This document shows, one piece after another, positions 17,092 through 27,699 of a stretch of 64,000 bases of DNA. A program made the position numbers and the translations under genes. The notes beneath the pieces were generated by a model. The model saw only the letters and a list, made by a program, of their open reading frames with translations. It was not told the DNA's origin and ran no database searches. This DNA is from a virus (Duplodnaviria > Heunggongvirae > Uroviricota > Caudoviricetes). Each line of letters starts with the position of its first letter. The first letter of the stretch is position 1. The DNA lies in IMG/VR virus record IMGVR_UViG_2974506819_000001, positions 34,789-98,788 of that record; one strand, written 5' to 3'.

Positions 17092-18468
17092 ATGATCGAT
17101 ATTAATTTCCTTGCACCATGGAAGGTGGAAGGTTTGGAATTTATGGACTTTCAAAACCGATTGTTTTATCATGAACTCAGAGACCTGTTTGAGTCGTATA
17201 TTCGTCGGGATGATGGAAAGGTTCTTCTCAAAGGTTCAATTGAAGAAGACCTGTATACAATCATCGAGCGCTTCACTGGATATAAGAACATCAAGCTGAA
17301 GCTGGTAGACTGGGGTAACTTTGCAGTAGACACGGCGTACTTCAACCCGAAAAACATTTTGAACAGCCAGGCGGCGGAAGATTACTTCTCACCTACTGAC
17401 TCAACGTTAGGTAAGTGGTTTGCTAAAAACCGTAACAAGGCGTTCAAAGGCGGTGTTGATCGTAGCACAGGTAAAGTCACCGGTGCGTTCTGTGATCTTC
17501 CCGTGGAGCTGTATATCAACCGTTACCTGGACGATACCTTCCCGGAAGAGATGGTCAGGAAGTATAACACCGATTATGCTTCACTGTGTGCCGGTGTGGT
17601 TGTGCACGAGTTCGGTCATATCTGGGGCGGTTGCCTTATGATTACCCAGGCGGCAGAAGATAACTTTGTTATCAAAGCAGCCATTGAGGGGATGCGTAAG
17701 GTTACGCGAAAAGAAGAAGCAGTGGTTATCTTAAAAGATGCCGCTAAGCTGCTTGAGCTTGATCCGGTGGCCGATAAAGAAATCATCGACCTGATTGACG
17801 GTAAAAACAAAGAAGAAGTCACCGTCATGTACTTCACCAAGATGATGACACAGCGTAACACTCGTCGTGCATTGTCCCTGGGTGTCCCGCAAATGACCTC
17901 GGAAGTGTTAGCTGATGCCTACGCTATTCGTATGGGTTGTGACCGTGGGTTAATGCCAGCGTTGGCTATTCTTTATAGCACCGGGCGTTCAGGCATTATT
18001 AAAACCGGTTTCTACGCCACCCTTATCTTTACCGTAATCATGCAGTTGCTTACGGGTATTCCGATATTGCTGTTGGTTATGGGTGGGTGGTCTGGTTTCC
18101 TGCTGTACTTCTTCGGCATGACTTTCATCTATTCACTCATTACCTATTTCGGTATGAGTTATTCCGGTGATTATAACTCGGACTACCGTCGCTATGATGA
18201 CGCTATCCGTCAGCTGATTGCCCGGTTCAAAGAAGACAAGAACATGTCTTCCCATGACAAGTCCATGGCCATCAAAGAACTGGATAACTACCTGCAAATC
18301 GGTAAAACCATGAAGCCGCTGATTGATAACACTGTGGTGCACCGCACTATGGGTTGGTTATTCAACGGCAGTGATTTCAAACGTAACGAATTCGAACACT
18401 ATTCCCAGGTCCTCGTTAACCACGAGATTAACCTGCTGGGTGACAAACTGGGTAAACTCATTGCCTAA
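17092..18468 (+). CDS. Head-protein-like gene (phiKZ gp84/SPN3US gp45 position) with an HEXXH zinc-metalloprotease motif and transmembrane helices
   Basis: VVHEFGH (17605-17619), downstream EVLADAYAIRMG, and a long hydrophobic stretch (ATLIFTVIMQLLTGIPILLLVMGGWSGFLLYFFGMTFIYSLITYFG). N-terminal EGLEF. ATG 17092 follows GAAGGA. Confidence 0.7.
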   Translation: MIDINFLAPWKVEGLEFMDFQNRLFYHELRDLFESYIRRDDGKVLLKGSIEEDLYTIIERFTGYKNIKLKLVDWGNFAVDTAYFNPKNILNSQAAEDYFSPTDSTLGKWFAKNRNKAFKGGVDRSTGKVTGAFCDLPVELYINRYLDDTFPEEMVRKYNTDYASLCAGVVVHEFGHIWGGCLMITQAAEDNFVIKAAIEGMRKVTRKEEAVVILKDAAKLLELDPVADKEIIDLIDGKNKEEVTVMYFTKMMTQRNTRRALSLGVPQMTSEVLADAYAIRMGCDRGLMPALAILYSTGRSGIIKTGFYATLIFTVIMQLLTGIPILLLVMGGWSGFLLYFFGMTFIYSLITYFGMSYSGDYNSDYRRYDDAIRQLIARFKEDKNMSSHDKSMAIKELDNYLQIGKTMKPLIDNTVVHRTMGWLFNGSDFKRNEFEHYSQVLVNHEINLLGDKLGKLIA

Positions 18469-18479
18469 AGGAACTTATC

Positions 18480-18890
18480 ATGTCTCATCTGAAACACATC
18501 TCTGAACTGAAGCAGGCACTGGATACCCTGGGTATCACCTGTCCGTTCAAACAGCAGGAACTGACCATGGAAGCGTACTTCCGTGCTATCCTGGTGTCGC
18601 ACTTCCGTTACAACACGTCGCTGTCTATGACAGAAGACCAAACCCAGCGTTGCTGGAAACAGCTGGACAAGTGGAACTGCGTCTCCCCGATCAAAGCCCA
18701 GCTTATCATGACCAAGGTCGCCACCTTCCTGAACAGCCTGCGTAACTCCCTGGGTAACCGCGGCGTGAGTCTGGAAGAAGAACCATCCCTGGAACTGCCG
18801 GACGGCACCAAACAGTGCCTGTGCAGTCTGGACACCTTCAACGACCTGGTTCAGTACCTGGCCAAAGAAATGAGGGAAGGCAATGAGTGA
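18480..18890 (+). CDS. Small putative head protein
   Basis: 136-aa ORF with RBS AAAGGA, inside the head-protein operon. Confidence 0.7.
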   Translation: MSHLKHISELKQALDTLGITCPFKQQELTMEAYFRAILVSHFRYNTSLSMTEDQTQRCWKQLDKWNCVSPIKAQLIMTKVATFLNSLRNSLGNRGVSLEEEPSLELPDGTKQCLCSLDTFNDLVQYLAKEMREGNE

Positions 18891-20421
18891 TACGCCGGTT
18901 TCTTCAATGACCCAAATCAACAAAGGGAACACCACCGCTTACCTTCCGGGTGACGATGATGATACCCAGCGTGTTGATCTGGATGAGTACTACGAAGAAT
19001 GCGAGCAGACTCACGTCACAAAGATGGTTACCGGTGCTGAAGCATTCTTCAGTAAAGGTGTGCTGTCGAAATCCCTGGCGCGTCTGAGCGGTCTTTCCGG
19101 GTGCGAAAATTACGACCCTATTCCGTCCCGTATGAATGCAAGACTGGGCGGGGAAGGGTTTGTTAGCGTTATCGTGGATGGCTTTAAGAAGTTCATTGAG
19201 AACATCATTAAGTACGTCAAGATGGCGGTGAACTGGATTGTGGATTTGGTGAAAACCCTGCTCGGTTATAAAAAGACCAAGCGTCAGGTTGAACAAGCCA
19301 CGGCGGAAATGGAAAACATCAAGAAGGAGTTCAAGGAACTGCTGAAAGGACTGGGCTTCCCGTCTGACAAGTGGGACCTGGACAAATTCATTGCGGACCC
19401 TGAAGTGTCGTTTGACCGCATGGGTGCTTTCCATATCCTGCGCAACAAGTTCATGGATGATGCAGAAGCCATCAAACGCCTGGGTGAATCTCTGCCTACG
19501 TTTGTAACGGCCGTTGAGTTCATGAACCAGTCCAGCAAAAACGTCAAGCGTGCCAGCGATAACTTCCACAAAGTGATTCACAATGTGGCGGGTGAAGTCC
19601 GTAAGGGTAAAACCGACGGGCGTGCTGAGCTCGAGTTGATTAAGCAGGCCGGTCATGAAATCAAGTTAGCCACTAACTTCGAAGGCATCACCACCAAGTT
19701 GAGCGAACTGTACAACGCCCTGTACACCAACACTGACGGCAAGGTTATCAAAGAGAACAAGTTCTCGAACGAAGCATTGCAGGAAGGGTACATGGAAATC
19801 CGTGCACAGCTGCAACAGCTGATTACTACGTCTTCTGTATCCATCCAGTCAGTGCCGGACCGCCAGACGTTGCTCAGCAGCATCGCCGATGCATCAGCCC
19901 GTTACGTTGCGCTGAAAGACACGGACATTGATCTGTCGCACATCGACTTCAAACAGTACGGTGACCTCATTAACAAACAGGACGCGGAAATCATTCGTGA
20001 GATTGATAAGCTGACCGGTGTTAATGGTGCGTTGATTTCTGCCTACAGCAATACGGCGAAGATGGTGCGCGACTATACCCAGTTCTGTCACAGCATCATC
20101 AATGTCCTGAACCAGACCAACAAGCAGTTGGAAAACCTCTGGCTCTGGCATAGCCGTGCGCAGCAGATGATCTTCTTCTACGTGCTGAAAGACTTCGAAG
20201 GCATTGTTGAGCTGAACAAGCAATACATCGCCATGGGTATGAATCCGTACGCTAACGGTGAAGGCATTCCTCGCGTGGATGGGTTCATTAAGTATGATGA
20301 CCGGGTAACGATGTTTGAAAAGATTGCGGGCACTGCCAACGATCTGCTTGAAGAGAACATCAACGGCATCAAAGACAGCATTCGTAACTTAAGCCGTTCT
20401 TTGGGGTGGACACCACGATGA
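18883..20421 (+). CDS. Putative processed internal head protein (phiKZ gp86/SPN3US gp47 position)
   Basis: Acidic propeptide with TGAE, SGCE and LGGE|GF sites, then the amphipathic helix GFVSVIVDGFKKFIENIIKYVKMAVNWIVDLVKTLLG. Confidence 0.7.
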   Translation: MSDTPVSSMTQINKGNTTAYLPGDDDDTQRVDLDEYYEECEQTHVTKMVTGAEAFFSKGVLSKSLARLSGLSGCENYDPIPSRMNARLGGEGFVSVIVDGFKKFIENIIKYVKMAVNWIVDLVKTLLGYKKTKRQVEQATAEMENIKKEFKELLKGLGFPSDKWDLDKFIADPEVSFDRMGAFHILRNKFMDDAEAIKRLGESLPTFVTAVEFMNQSSKNVKRASDNFHKVIHNVAGEVRKGKTDGRAELELIKQAGHEIKLATNFEGITTKLSELYNALYTNTDGKVIKENKFSNEALQEGYMEIRAQLQQLITTSSVSIQSVPDRQTLLSSIADASARYVALKDTDIDLSHIDFKQYGDLINKQDAEIIREIDKLTGVNGALISAYSNTAKMVRDYTQFCHSIINVLNQTNKQLENLWLWHSRAQQMIFFYVLKDFEGIVELNKQYIAMGMNPYANGEGIPRVDGFIKYDDRVTMFEKIAGTANDLLEENINGIKDSIRNLSRSLGWTPR

Positions 20422-21089
20422 CCGAGAAAACTGAACTGATGGATTTCGCTGAACTCGAAAACCGTCGTGATGTGGCTGTAGCCGCAGCAGAAGCCATGGC
20501 GGAAGAGTTCGCTCGCCTCGAAGAGCTGGCCGACAGTCCTATCAGTGGACAAACGGTTATTGCGATCGTTTCCAAGCTGGCTCCGAACGATCTGATTCGA
20601 GTGCAGGAACGTGTGATGTCAGCAGAGTGTCGTGAAAACGGCTACGTACTGAAAGACGCACGCTTCAATGGCCCGGACTCTTACTACCACGGCGTGATTG
20701 AAAGCATTAACTCTGTCATGAAGGGTTACCGCGATCATATCGTTGATGTCTTTGCGAAAGCACTGGCGAACCTGTCTTCTGATTCGTCTAAAGCTGGCGA
20801 CATCTATGCGGACATTGGTCGTGTGGAACAGTTGTCCGTGTGGTTCGGTACAGAAGCCGGTGTGGTCGTTACTGACTGGACTGACATCGTACCGTTTAAA
20901 CAGGAAGAAGGTAACTATCTGTTAGAGGCTGCTCCGGTTGAACGGTTTACCGAACACCTGGATGCATTCATTGGCTACTCCGCACTGAACTGTGGTAGTG
21001 TGTGGGCACTGAATAACGATCTGCCGAAAATCAAAGAGCGTATCAGACTCTTGCAGTTGTTACACAAGCGCGTTCACAGCTATCTGTAA
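20418..21089 (+). CDS. Hypothetical protein, probably head-associated
   Basis: ATGA-coupled to the previous gene; 223 aa with an Ala/Glu-rich helical N-terminus. Confidence 0.7.
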   Translation: MTEKTELMDFAELENRRDVAVAAAEAMAEEFARLEELADSPISGQTVIAIVSKLAPNDLIRVQERVMSAECRENGYVLKDARFNGPDSYYHGVIESINSVMKGYRDHIVDVFAKALANLSSDSSKAGDIYADIGRVEQLSVWFGTEAGVVVTDWTDIVPFKQEEGNYLLEAAPVERFTEHLDAFIGYSALNCGSVWALNNDLPKIKERIRLLQLLHKRVHSYL

Positions 21090-21098
21090 TACACATAA

Positions 21099-21132
21099 GT
21101 CCCCTCTGCCCTTTGCGGGGCAGAGGAGGGCT
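21099..21132. terminator. Bidirectional hairpin flanked by CATAA/TTATG
   Basis: CCTCTGCCC-tttgcg-GGGCAGAGG core between converging genes; CATAA at 21094 and TTATG ending at 21140. Confidence 0.7.
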
Positions 21133-21142
21133 TTATTATGTT

Positions 21143-24067
21143 TTAGTTTCGAATGCTGACATCATGCTGCAAGAAGCTTACCTCAACGGCTTCCTTCACG
21201 CTTAACAATCCGTTGCTGCCTGTTTCCAGAAGCTTACGAACCGAGAAGCCTGACGAGCTGTCCAGGTTACTTACTACATCCAGCGTGGTATCGCCAGCAA
21301 AGGCACCAATCTTCACATCCACCACATCACCCCCGGCATCCTTCTTCAACGCCTCAGTGATATCGGACATCCCTAAGGTATTGCTGGACAGAAGTAAGTT
21401 GTTGATGATTTGCGGTGTGGTTGTGCGCAACGACTCTTTCAAGTTAGTGTTGTTGAACCCTGACTTGTTAAGGTAGTACACCACCTGGAATGCGAGGTCT
21501 TGACGAATCACCGTTTCATAGTTGTTGTTCACCATGACGTTGCGATAGCCAATCTTGCTCTTCGGTTGGTAGTACAATGACGTGCGGTCACGTGCATCGG
21601 CGTTAAAGGCTTCCATGTCTTTCGTAATGACCTTGATGAAGTAATCCTTTGTTTCCTGCGCAAAAGCCTGGTCATACGAATCGTTACTGAAGAAGTAAGC
21701 ACCGTCAAACGCGATGAAGTCCCAATGGTACAGCAAGTCCGCCGGAGCTTTCAAGACCGGTTGTCCGTCTGCCCCAATCACATAGTCCACGTTAGCCCGG
21801 TATTTATAAATAGGCGAACCACCGGACGTGTACTTAGGTTCACCGATGTTGTGCTCGATGATAGGACGTTTGTTGACATCCAAGACCAATTTACCTTTAT
21901 CATCACGCTGATACACAATCTGCTCGTAGGTATCGGGCACATCGTGGTCATAACGCTGATATTGGTCATCACCTTTCAGTGGACGGATACGGCTGTAGAT
22001 GTTGGTCAACTCAGCACCCAGTTGCACTTTGTAACGGGTTTCAATGATGGCCATCATCTGACGTGTAAACAACGTCTGGTCCAAACGTTCATCCATAGAG
22101 GTTGACGGAACCGTGGTGTCCGCTGACACGGTGAAGATAAAGGACAGTTCATCGGTCAGTTGAATGGTCACATCACGCACCACACCAAACTGATGCATGT
22201 TCTTAATCACCAGCAGGTTGTTGACGTCCACGTCGAAACTGGACTCCAGCTTAAAGCGCCACACGCGTTCTTGCTGGTCATCGGTACCCATCAGTTCACC
22301 GCCAATACAAGCAGGACGTGCACTGTCTTCCGTAGCGAAAGAGAGTTGTACCCCAACGTTGGCATTCTCCAGCTGTTTATACCCTTTACCGGATTTGGTC
22401 TTCAACAGAATCTCATAGCCGGTATCGGTGTGATTAATGGTAATTTCACCCACGCCCACTTCCAGTCCTAAGTTCGGGTTCTCACCGATATAGGTCGGAA
22501 GCATAAACTTCGGTTCGTCCAGGTGATAGGTCCGCAGTACGGTTTGGTTATTGGTTAAGTCAAACACGTAATAGAACGGAATGTACACCAGGGTGTTGTT
22601 CGACACCAGTTCAACCTTGGCATCCGAACTCAGACCCATGTAGGCGTTCTTGGTGAGTTGATTAATCAACACCGTCGTCGGAGTAGAGACATCAAACAGC
22701 ACACCCGGTGGAATGGTGACACGTTTACCGTTGTCATACACCACACCGCTGTCAATGAGCGTATTCACCGACGTCAAGTGACTGCCCACGAAACAGTTCA
22801 TGGTAGAGTGGAAGTCTTTGTTAGACTGTACCGGCAACTCTTTGGTCACGGAATAACGACGGGCTGTTAACAGGTCCACTGACCGCACTGAGCCGTAACC
22901 GTAGTTGGCTAACTCCCCGCTCAGGTTAGAATCCGTAATTGGAATCCCACGCTGACGACGCCCTGCAATGATGCTCTCCTTTAATACCGTAAACGGAATC
23001 GGATTAGACCCGCCGCTAACGATATCCGCAAACTGCCATGCAATCCCACCGCTTGAGGGAAGTTCCATGGAGTACGGTCCCAACGCTTTACCGGGATAAC
23101 GGAAGTCCAGGTAGTTCGGCTGGTATTTGGAAATCTCAATGGAGGTCAGGTCTTTAACCAGTTCGCCTTTGGTGGTGTAGGTGTACAACGTCACCGTCCC
23201 GATACCCATACCGTTAGAGATATAGACATCCGGAATTTCATAACGAATGGTGTTGTTCACCGTATCCAGTTTTAACGCCAGGGTCGGGGTTAACGGATCA
23301 AAGGTATCCTGGTCGTAGCTTACCCGCAGTTCAGTGGTTTGGTTGTTCTGGTTGGTTAAGAACGCTCGTACCCCGTACAGGTAATCGGTGTAGGAATACG
23401 CACCTGAACACCCGCTGCTTTCGGTGGAGTTGATTTTGTCCGACACGGCACAGCTAAGCTGACGCACCGGAATCTTCACCATCAGGAACTTACGGCCTTC
23501 AATCTCACGGAACTCACGCTCCAGCAGGTTGGTAGACAGCACGTTAAACGGGTTGTTGGTCGAGGCATCGTAAACCACCTGATAACCGGTACGTTCGTTG
23601 TAACGAATTTCAATCCCGTTCTCAATCAGGAAGTCATACCCCGTCACGGTAATCATGGTGTCTTTCGGAATCAACACCTTCTTGTACCGTGTAGTTACCA
23701 TGTTGTCCTGGATTTCCGCATCCTTGGCAATGGCCTTGAGGTTCTCGACGTTAATCGCAAACCACATAGAGCTGGTGCTAGGGTTAGCGAACAAACCATA
23801 CCGTTCTTCATCAGCAATGTTGCGGCTGAGGTCTTCAACGTTACGGGCATGCAGCAGGAAGGTTTTACTGCATGCATCGCTGAGGCGGTTCAGGAAGCCG
23901 TGCGTGGTCCCGATAATCAAATCCACGCACAGGATAGCCGGGTGGGCTTTGCTGTTCAGTTGAATGGTGCCGTTGTTCCAGCTCTGTTCAACTTCATTAA
24001 TAATCAGGTTTACCCCACGGGTAGGGTTGTTACCTAAGTTAAGGAGGTCATCCTGTGATAAGGCCAT
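21143..24067 (-). CDS. Large baseplate wedge-type virion protein (phiKZ gp87-like, T4 gp6-related)
   Basis: 974-aa beta-rich ORF. VSGGSNPIPFTVLKESI resembles the 'GG.d.Es...lr' wedge motif. Conserved position opposite the head-protein operon. Confidence 0.6.
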   Translation of the reverse strand: MALSQDDLLNLGNNPTRGVNLIINEVEQSWNNGTIQLNSKAHPAILCVDLIIGTTHGFLNRLSDACSKTFLLHARNVEDLSRNIADEERYGLFANPSTSSMWFAINVENLKAIAKDAEIQDNMVTTRYKKVLIPKDTMITVTGYDFLIENGIEIRYNERTGYQVVYDASTNNPFNVLSTNLLEREFREIEGRKFLMVKIPVRQLSCAVSDKINSTESSGCSGAYSYTDYLYGVRAFLTNQNNQTTELRVSYDQDTFDPLTPTLALKLDTVNNTIRYEIPDVYISNGMGIGTVTLYTYTTKGELVKDLTSIEISKYQPNYLDFRYPGKALGPYSMELPSSGGIAWQFADIVSGGSNPIPFTVLKESIIAGRRQRGIPITDSNLSGELANYGYGSVRSVDLLTARRYSVTKELPVQSNKDFHSTMNCFVGSHLTSVNTLIDSGVVYDNGKRVTIPPGVLFDVSTPTTVLINQLTKNAYMGLSSDAKVELVSNNTLVYIPFYYVFDLTNNQTVLRTYHLDEPKFMLPTYIGENPNLGLEVGVGEITINHTDTGYEILLKTKSGKGYKQLENANVGVQLSFATEDSARPACIGGELMGTDDQQERVWRFKLESSFDVDVNNLLVIKNMHQFGVVRDVTIQLTDELSFIFTVSADTTVPSTSMDERLDQTLFTRQMMAIIETRYKVQLGAELTNIYSRIRPLKGDDQYQRYDHDVPDTYEQIVYQRDDKGKLVLDVNKRPIIEHNIGEPKYTSGGSPIYKYRANVDYVIGADGQPVLKAPADLLYHWDFIAFDGAYFFSNDSYDQAFAQETKDYFIKVITKDMEAFNADARDRTSLYYQPKSKIGYRNVMVNNNYETVIRQDLAFQVVYYLNKSGFNNTNLKESLRTTTPQIINNLLLSSNTLGMSDITEALKKDAGGDVVDVKIGAFAGDTTLDVVSNLDSSSGFSVRKLLETGSNGLLSVKEAVEVSFLQHDVSIRN

Positions 24068-25143
24068 TAGCGCGGTCCCCAGTATTCCAACTCCATGTTG
24101 TTAATGTTGATCCATGGATACACGCGTCCGTACTGTTGGCCGTAGTAGCTTTTGAAATCTAGCTTACGGTAGTAACTTGCACGACGTTGTGGATGCATGT
24201 TCTCATTAAAAAACAGAGTGCAACGGTTAAACATATCAGCAACGCGAATGTTCCCGAAGCGGAAACCTTCACTGCTAAAGTTAATTTCGAATTCATCTTG
24301 ACCCTGACCACGAAGTGTATCCTGGGTGCGGTCAATGGTAGAGAAAGCCCCTGAAGGGAACGTGGTGGGTACACAACCGGCGTTACAGTAGATACCTTCA
24401 ATGCTACGCATGTTCTTGTTCAGAATCATGTGGTAGATGCGGCAATCGTAATCCGTGTAGTTGGCGTCCAGTGCTTCTGGGTACGGTTCCATACCTTCGT
24501 CGCCTAAACTCACCCCGTCAATATAGTGCAACCAGGCTTCAAACAAATACGGTAAGAAGTTAGGTTTCGGGTTGTAGTAAGTTTGGCGCATGTCGAAGTC
24601 GTGGTTGTACTTCAGGATGCCGTCAACGAACTGCCTGACCTCCTTGCGGAAGCCCGGCTGTGATTTACCCATATTGAGACTGAGATCAGGAAAACCAGAG
24701 CTGACTTTTACAAGGTTAGTGATTGGCGTAATCCACGGCGTATAGGGGTCCAACATGTCGTTTGGGTTGCCGCGGCCCCAAACCGGATCGAGCAGTCCTT
24801 TAATGTACGCCATCAAACTGTTGGGGCGAGGTTGATATAAAGGAAGCAGTTGTGGGTGCAACCGAACGTTCTCATCCGAAAGATTACAGAGCGGGCGGCT
24901 AACAAACACCAATCCTATGGTGTCATCTGGAACAGGTGCAAGCTGATTGCCCGGACCTATAATTCGAATCCCTTTGAGCATGTTTACCAATGCGGATTGG
25001 TATCCAGGACCGCCGTTTTCACTAAAGGCGTAGTCCAAAAAGCTCGGCAAGGTCGTGTTGTCAATGTTGGTGGATTTGGGGGCGTTTAACCCCGGGGTAC
25101 GCTCTAAATCCCCTATCCCAGGGACAGTAGACATTTCACTCAT
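24067..25143 (-). CDS. Tail tube-like/baseplate virion protein (phiKZ gp88-like)
   Basis: ATG 25143 preferred over TTG 25152. GLVFVSRPLCNLS and tube-like beta segments; stop overlaps the next start. Confidence 0.5.
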   Translation of the reverse strand: MSEMSTVPGIGDLERTPGLNAPKSTNIDNTTLPSFLDYAFSENGGPGYQSALVNMLKGIRIIGPGNQLAPVPDDTIGLVFVSRPLCNLSDENVRLHPQLLPLYQPRPNSLMAYIKGLLDPVWGRGNPNDMLDPYTPWITPITNLVKVSSGFPDLSLNMGKSQPGFRKEVRQFVDGILKYNHDFDMRQTYYNPKPNFLPYLFEAWLHYIDGVSLGDEGMEPYPEALDANYTDYDCRIYHMILNKNMRSIEGIYCNAGCVPTTFPSGAFSTIDRTQDTLRGQGQDEFEINFSSEGFRFGNIRVADMFNRCTLFFNENMHPQRRASYYRKLDFKSYYGQQYGRVYPWININNMELEYWGPR

Positions 25144-25175
25144 AATCGTCAAGTTTCCATGATAAAGAGGAATTT

Positions 25176-26279
25176 ATGATCGGTACAGCGCTTAATTTAG
25201 GAGCGATGCTCTTAAATCTGGCTAAATTCGCAATGCCAGAAAACAAAGATGTGGATTCTGCGGGTCGTATCATAGACACCGCGAGACACTCATACAATGT
25301 CCTCAATACCACCAGTATTTCGCAGAGCGCTAACCGTGCCGTGATTGCCCCGATGGTAGGTGTGGACAGCACGATTCTTCACCAGGAGTACATGAGCGAC
25401 ATCATGCAGGTAGTTCAACTGCGTGACATTATCTCTGTATTGACGCACCTTAATCTGCAGGGTTCTGTGGGGATGGGTGTGAAAATCGAAAACCTGCTGG
25501 GAAGCATCCAACCTAACCGCGGTGGGATGATGGCTTACCTGGGTTGTGAAGCGTATGCTGACGGCCCGAAAGCTACCTCCAACAAAAACACCGACGGTAC
25601 CTTTAAAAACCCAACCCAATCTTCTGATGGCGCATCGAAAGATCTGATGGAATACGGCCCGCTGGCTGTCGGTAAAGTGGTGCAGGCAGAAGTGTACAAC
25701 GAACACGGTAACAAAGTTACGTTCCCGTTAACCTTCCGTCAGTCTCCGGTCCCCATCAACCTGAAAGACCTGGAACTCATCTTCTCTGCGGCCAAGCCGG
25801 AAGACGGTTTCTTTGCTCGCCTCATGATGGTGAAAACCGGCGAAATCACGTTCCCGGAATTCCTAACCGGTCGTGACCTGATCAAAGATCGTTTCAAAAT
25901 CAAAAACCAGGACATGTCTGGCTATTATAAAGAAGCCGACAAACGTGAACGTGCAAACCGCGCGGCAGCGCTGCGTACTGGTGTGATCTCCATGAACACT
26001 ATGGCGAACACCTTTATCATGTCTAATGATACTGCTAACCAGGTTGAGCTTCAGATTGGTAAACGTTTTGCCGATCCGCGTAGCCGCGAAAAAATCTTTA
26101 AATCGGTGAAAGCCAACACCATCGTTGTGTGTAATGAAGACCGTGGCGTGTTCACGTTCTACACCAATGGCGTCGACATGCCGGAAATCTATACTCGTAA
26201 AGACATCGCTGTCAAATCGAAGAAAGATTCAGGCAACACGCTGAACGATCTGGTGAAACTGTTGAACGGAGGGATGTAA
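25176..26279 (+). CDS. Putative inner-body/head protein (phiKZ gp89-like)
   Basis: 367 aa, RBS GAGGA, internal LGCE|AY maturation-type site; first gene of the head-protein array. Confidence 0.6.
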   Translation: MIGTALNLGAMLLNLAKFAMPENKDVDSAGRIIDTARHSYNVLNTTSISQSANRAVIAPMVGVDSTILHQEYMSDIMQVVQLRDIISVLTHLNLQGSVGMGVKIENLLGSIQPNRGGMMAYLGCEAYADGPKATSNKNTDGTFKNPTQSSDGASKDLMEYGPLAVGKVVQAEVYNEHGNKVTFPLTFRQSPVPINLKDLELIFSAAKPEDGFFARLMMVKTGEITFPEFLTGRDLIKDRFKIKNQDMSGYYKEADKRERANRAAALRTGVISMNTMANTFIMSNDTANQVELQIGKRFADPRSREKIFKSVKANTIVVCNEDRGVFTFYTNGVDMPEIYTRKDIAVKSKKDSGNTLNDLVKLLNGGM

Positions 26280-27166
26280 TGAATATCCTGGATTACGCAA
26301 AGCGCGTCAAGTCAGTAAAAGACGTGGAGTTGCTGGGTACACTCAGTACCGTCACGGTGGGTTTGCAGGACCTGAAAGAAAACCTGAAAAAGATGGACCT
26401 GGCTAACATCGACATCTCTGCCCTGGGCGAGCGTTGGATTGTAGCCAGTAGCATCATGAAAGGTGTTAAGCAGGATGGTAGCATTCCGGGCAACATGATT
26501 CTGACTGAGATGTTGGACATGGGTGCGGATTCGGCTATCTCTACTGCTGCTGAACTGCAGGTGCTGATTAAGAAGTACAATCAGAAGGTCTGGTCTGGTC
26601 ACACGCTGACGATTCCACAGACCAACATCCTGAACATGATCGAGCACCTCGAGTTCTGGACGAACTATTCGTCTATGCTTGTTGACGTACTGCTGACCCA
26701 GTACAACCAGGCGACCGCGCCGGACCGTTACATGACCAAAGCCGATGTGCGTTGGATTAACGGGACCAAAGACTTCTACGTCGACTTCAGCAAACAGTTG
26801 ATGAAAGGGTCTCGCCACATTATCAGCATCCTGAAATCCATGGATGAGCTGGAAGTGGAAGAAGACGTGGTCGACGTGCTGGAGTCCAGCAAAGGCATTA
26901 AGTCGGTATCGGTCGCTACACGCGGTTTCGGTATCCACAACGTGAACCCTCTCTACTGGTACGACAGTATCAAAGAGAAGGTGGACCTGTGGCGTATCGA
27001 CAACATGCGTCGCAACAACGAAATGTTTGCGATGAAAATCAATCAGGCCATCAACAAAAAGAACGGCCAGAACGATCCGCAGCTGGACCGTCAGATTGAA
27101 GTCTACCAGGACGAGATCATCAAGAACCGTGCCAAAATCGAAAGCATCATTGAAAGCTACAATTAA
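26279..27166 (+). CDS. Putative inner-body/head protein (phiKZ gp90-like)
   Basis: 295 aa, TAATG-coupled, with a C-terminal coiled coil; assigned by synteny. Confidence 0.55.
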   Translation: MNILDYAKRVKSVKDVELLGTLSTVTVGLQDLKENLKKMDLANIDISALGERWIVASSIMKGVKQDGSIPGNMILTEMLDMGADSAISTAAELQVLIKKYNQKVWSGHTLTIPQTNILNMIEHLEFWTNYSSMLVDVLLTQYNQATAPDRYMTKADVRWINGTKDFYVDFSKQLMKGSRHIISILKSMDELEVEEDVVDVLESSKGIKSVSVATRGFGIHNVNPLYWYDSIKEKVDLWRIDNMRRNNEMFAMKINQAINKKNGQNDPQLDRQIEVYQDEIIKNRAKIESIIESYN

Positions 27167-27177
27167 GGGGTTTTCAA

Positions 27178-27699
27178 ATGGCTAATTTTCGACAAGTGAA
27201 AAACGGCTTCGTTAACTACGACGTCGGCGACGGCGACCTGATGACCATCATGCGTAACCTGAAGCAGTTTATCTGGTCGGGTTACAGTGATTACAACATC
27301 CGTTTGAATCCGCTTATCATCACCGATATTCTGAAACAAACGCGTCTGTTGGTCGGTCAGGACTTCCGGGCATTCTTGATGGCGAACTACAACCGCGGTA
27401 TCGGTTCCCAAGCGGGTCTGGTGCGTGAAGTAGTGAACTATCTGTCAGGTCAGGTGGGTTATCGTTCGGTGAACACCGCGATTGTGATTGAAGAGAACAA
27501 AATCAAGTCCTACGACAAGTTCGAAAACTGGGGCGCGAAAACCATCTCGGCTAATCACATGGATACCGTAGGGTTGAGTCAGTTGGATAAAGTCAACGAC
27601 TACGACTTCTACCGTCTCTGTGCAGGTCTGTCACCGGAACTGCTGGCCCGTATGTTTTTAGTTATCGGCGGGGAGAACATCGATGTCGGACGTAAATGA
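27178..27699 (+). CDS. Putative head protein
   Basis: 173-aa ORF inside the head operon with AAGGGG RBS. Confidence 0.65.
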   Translation: MANFRQVKNGFVNYDVGDGDLMTIMRNLKQFIWSGYSDYNIRLNPLIITDILKQTRLLVGQDFRAFLMANYNRGIGSQAGLVREVVNYLSGQVGYRSVNTAIVIEENKIKSYDKFENWGAKTISANHMDTVGLSQLDKVNDYDFYRLCAGLSPELLARMFLVIGGENIDVGRK

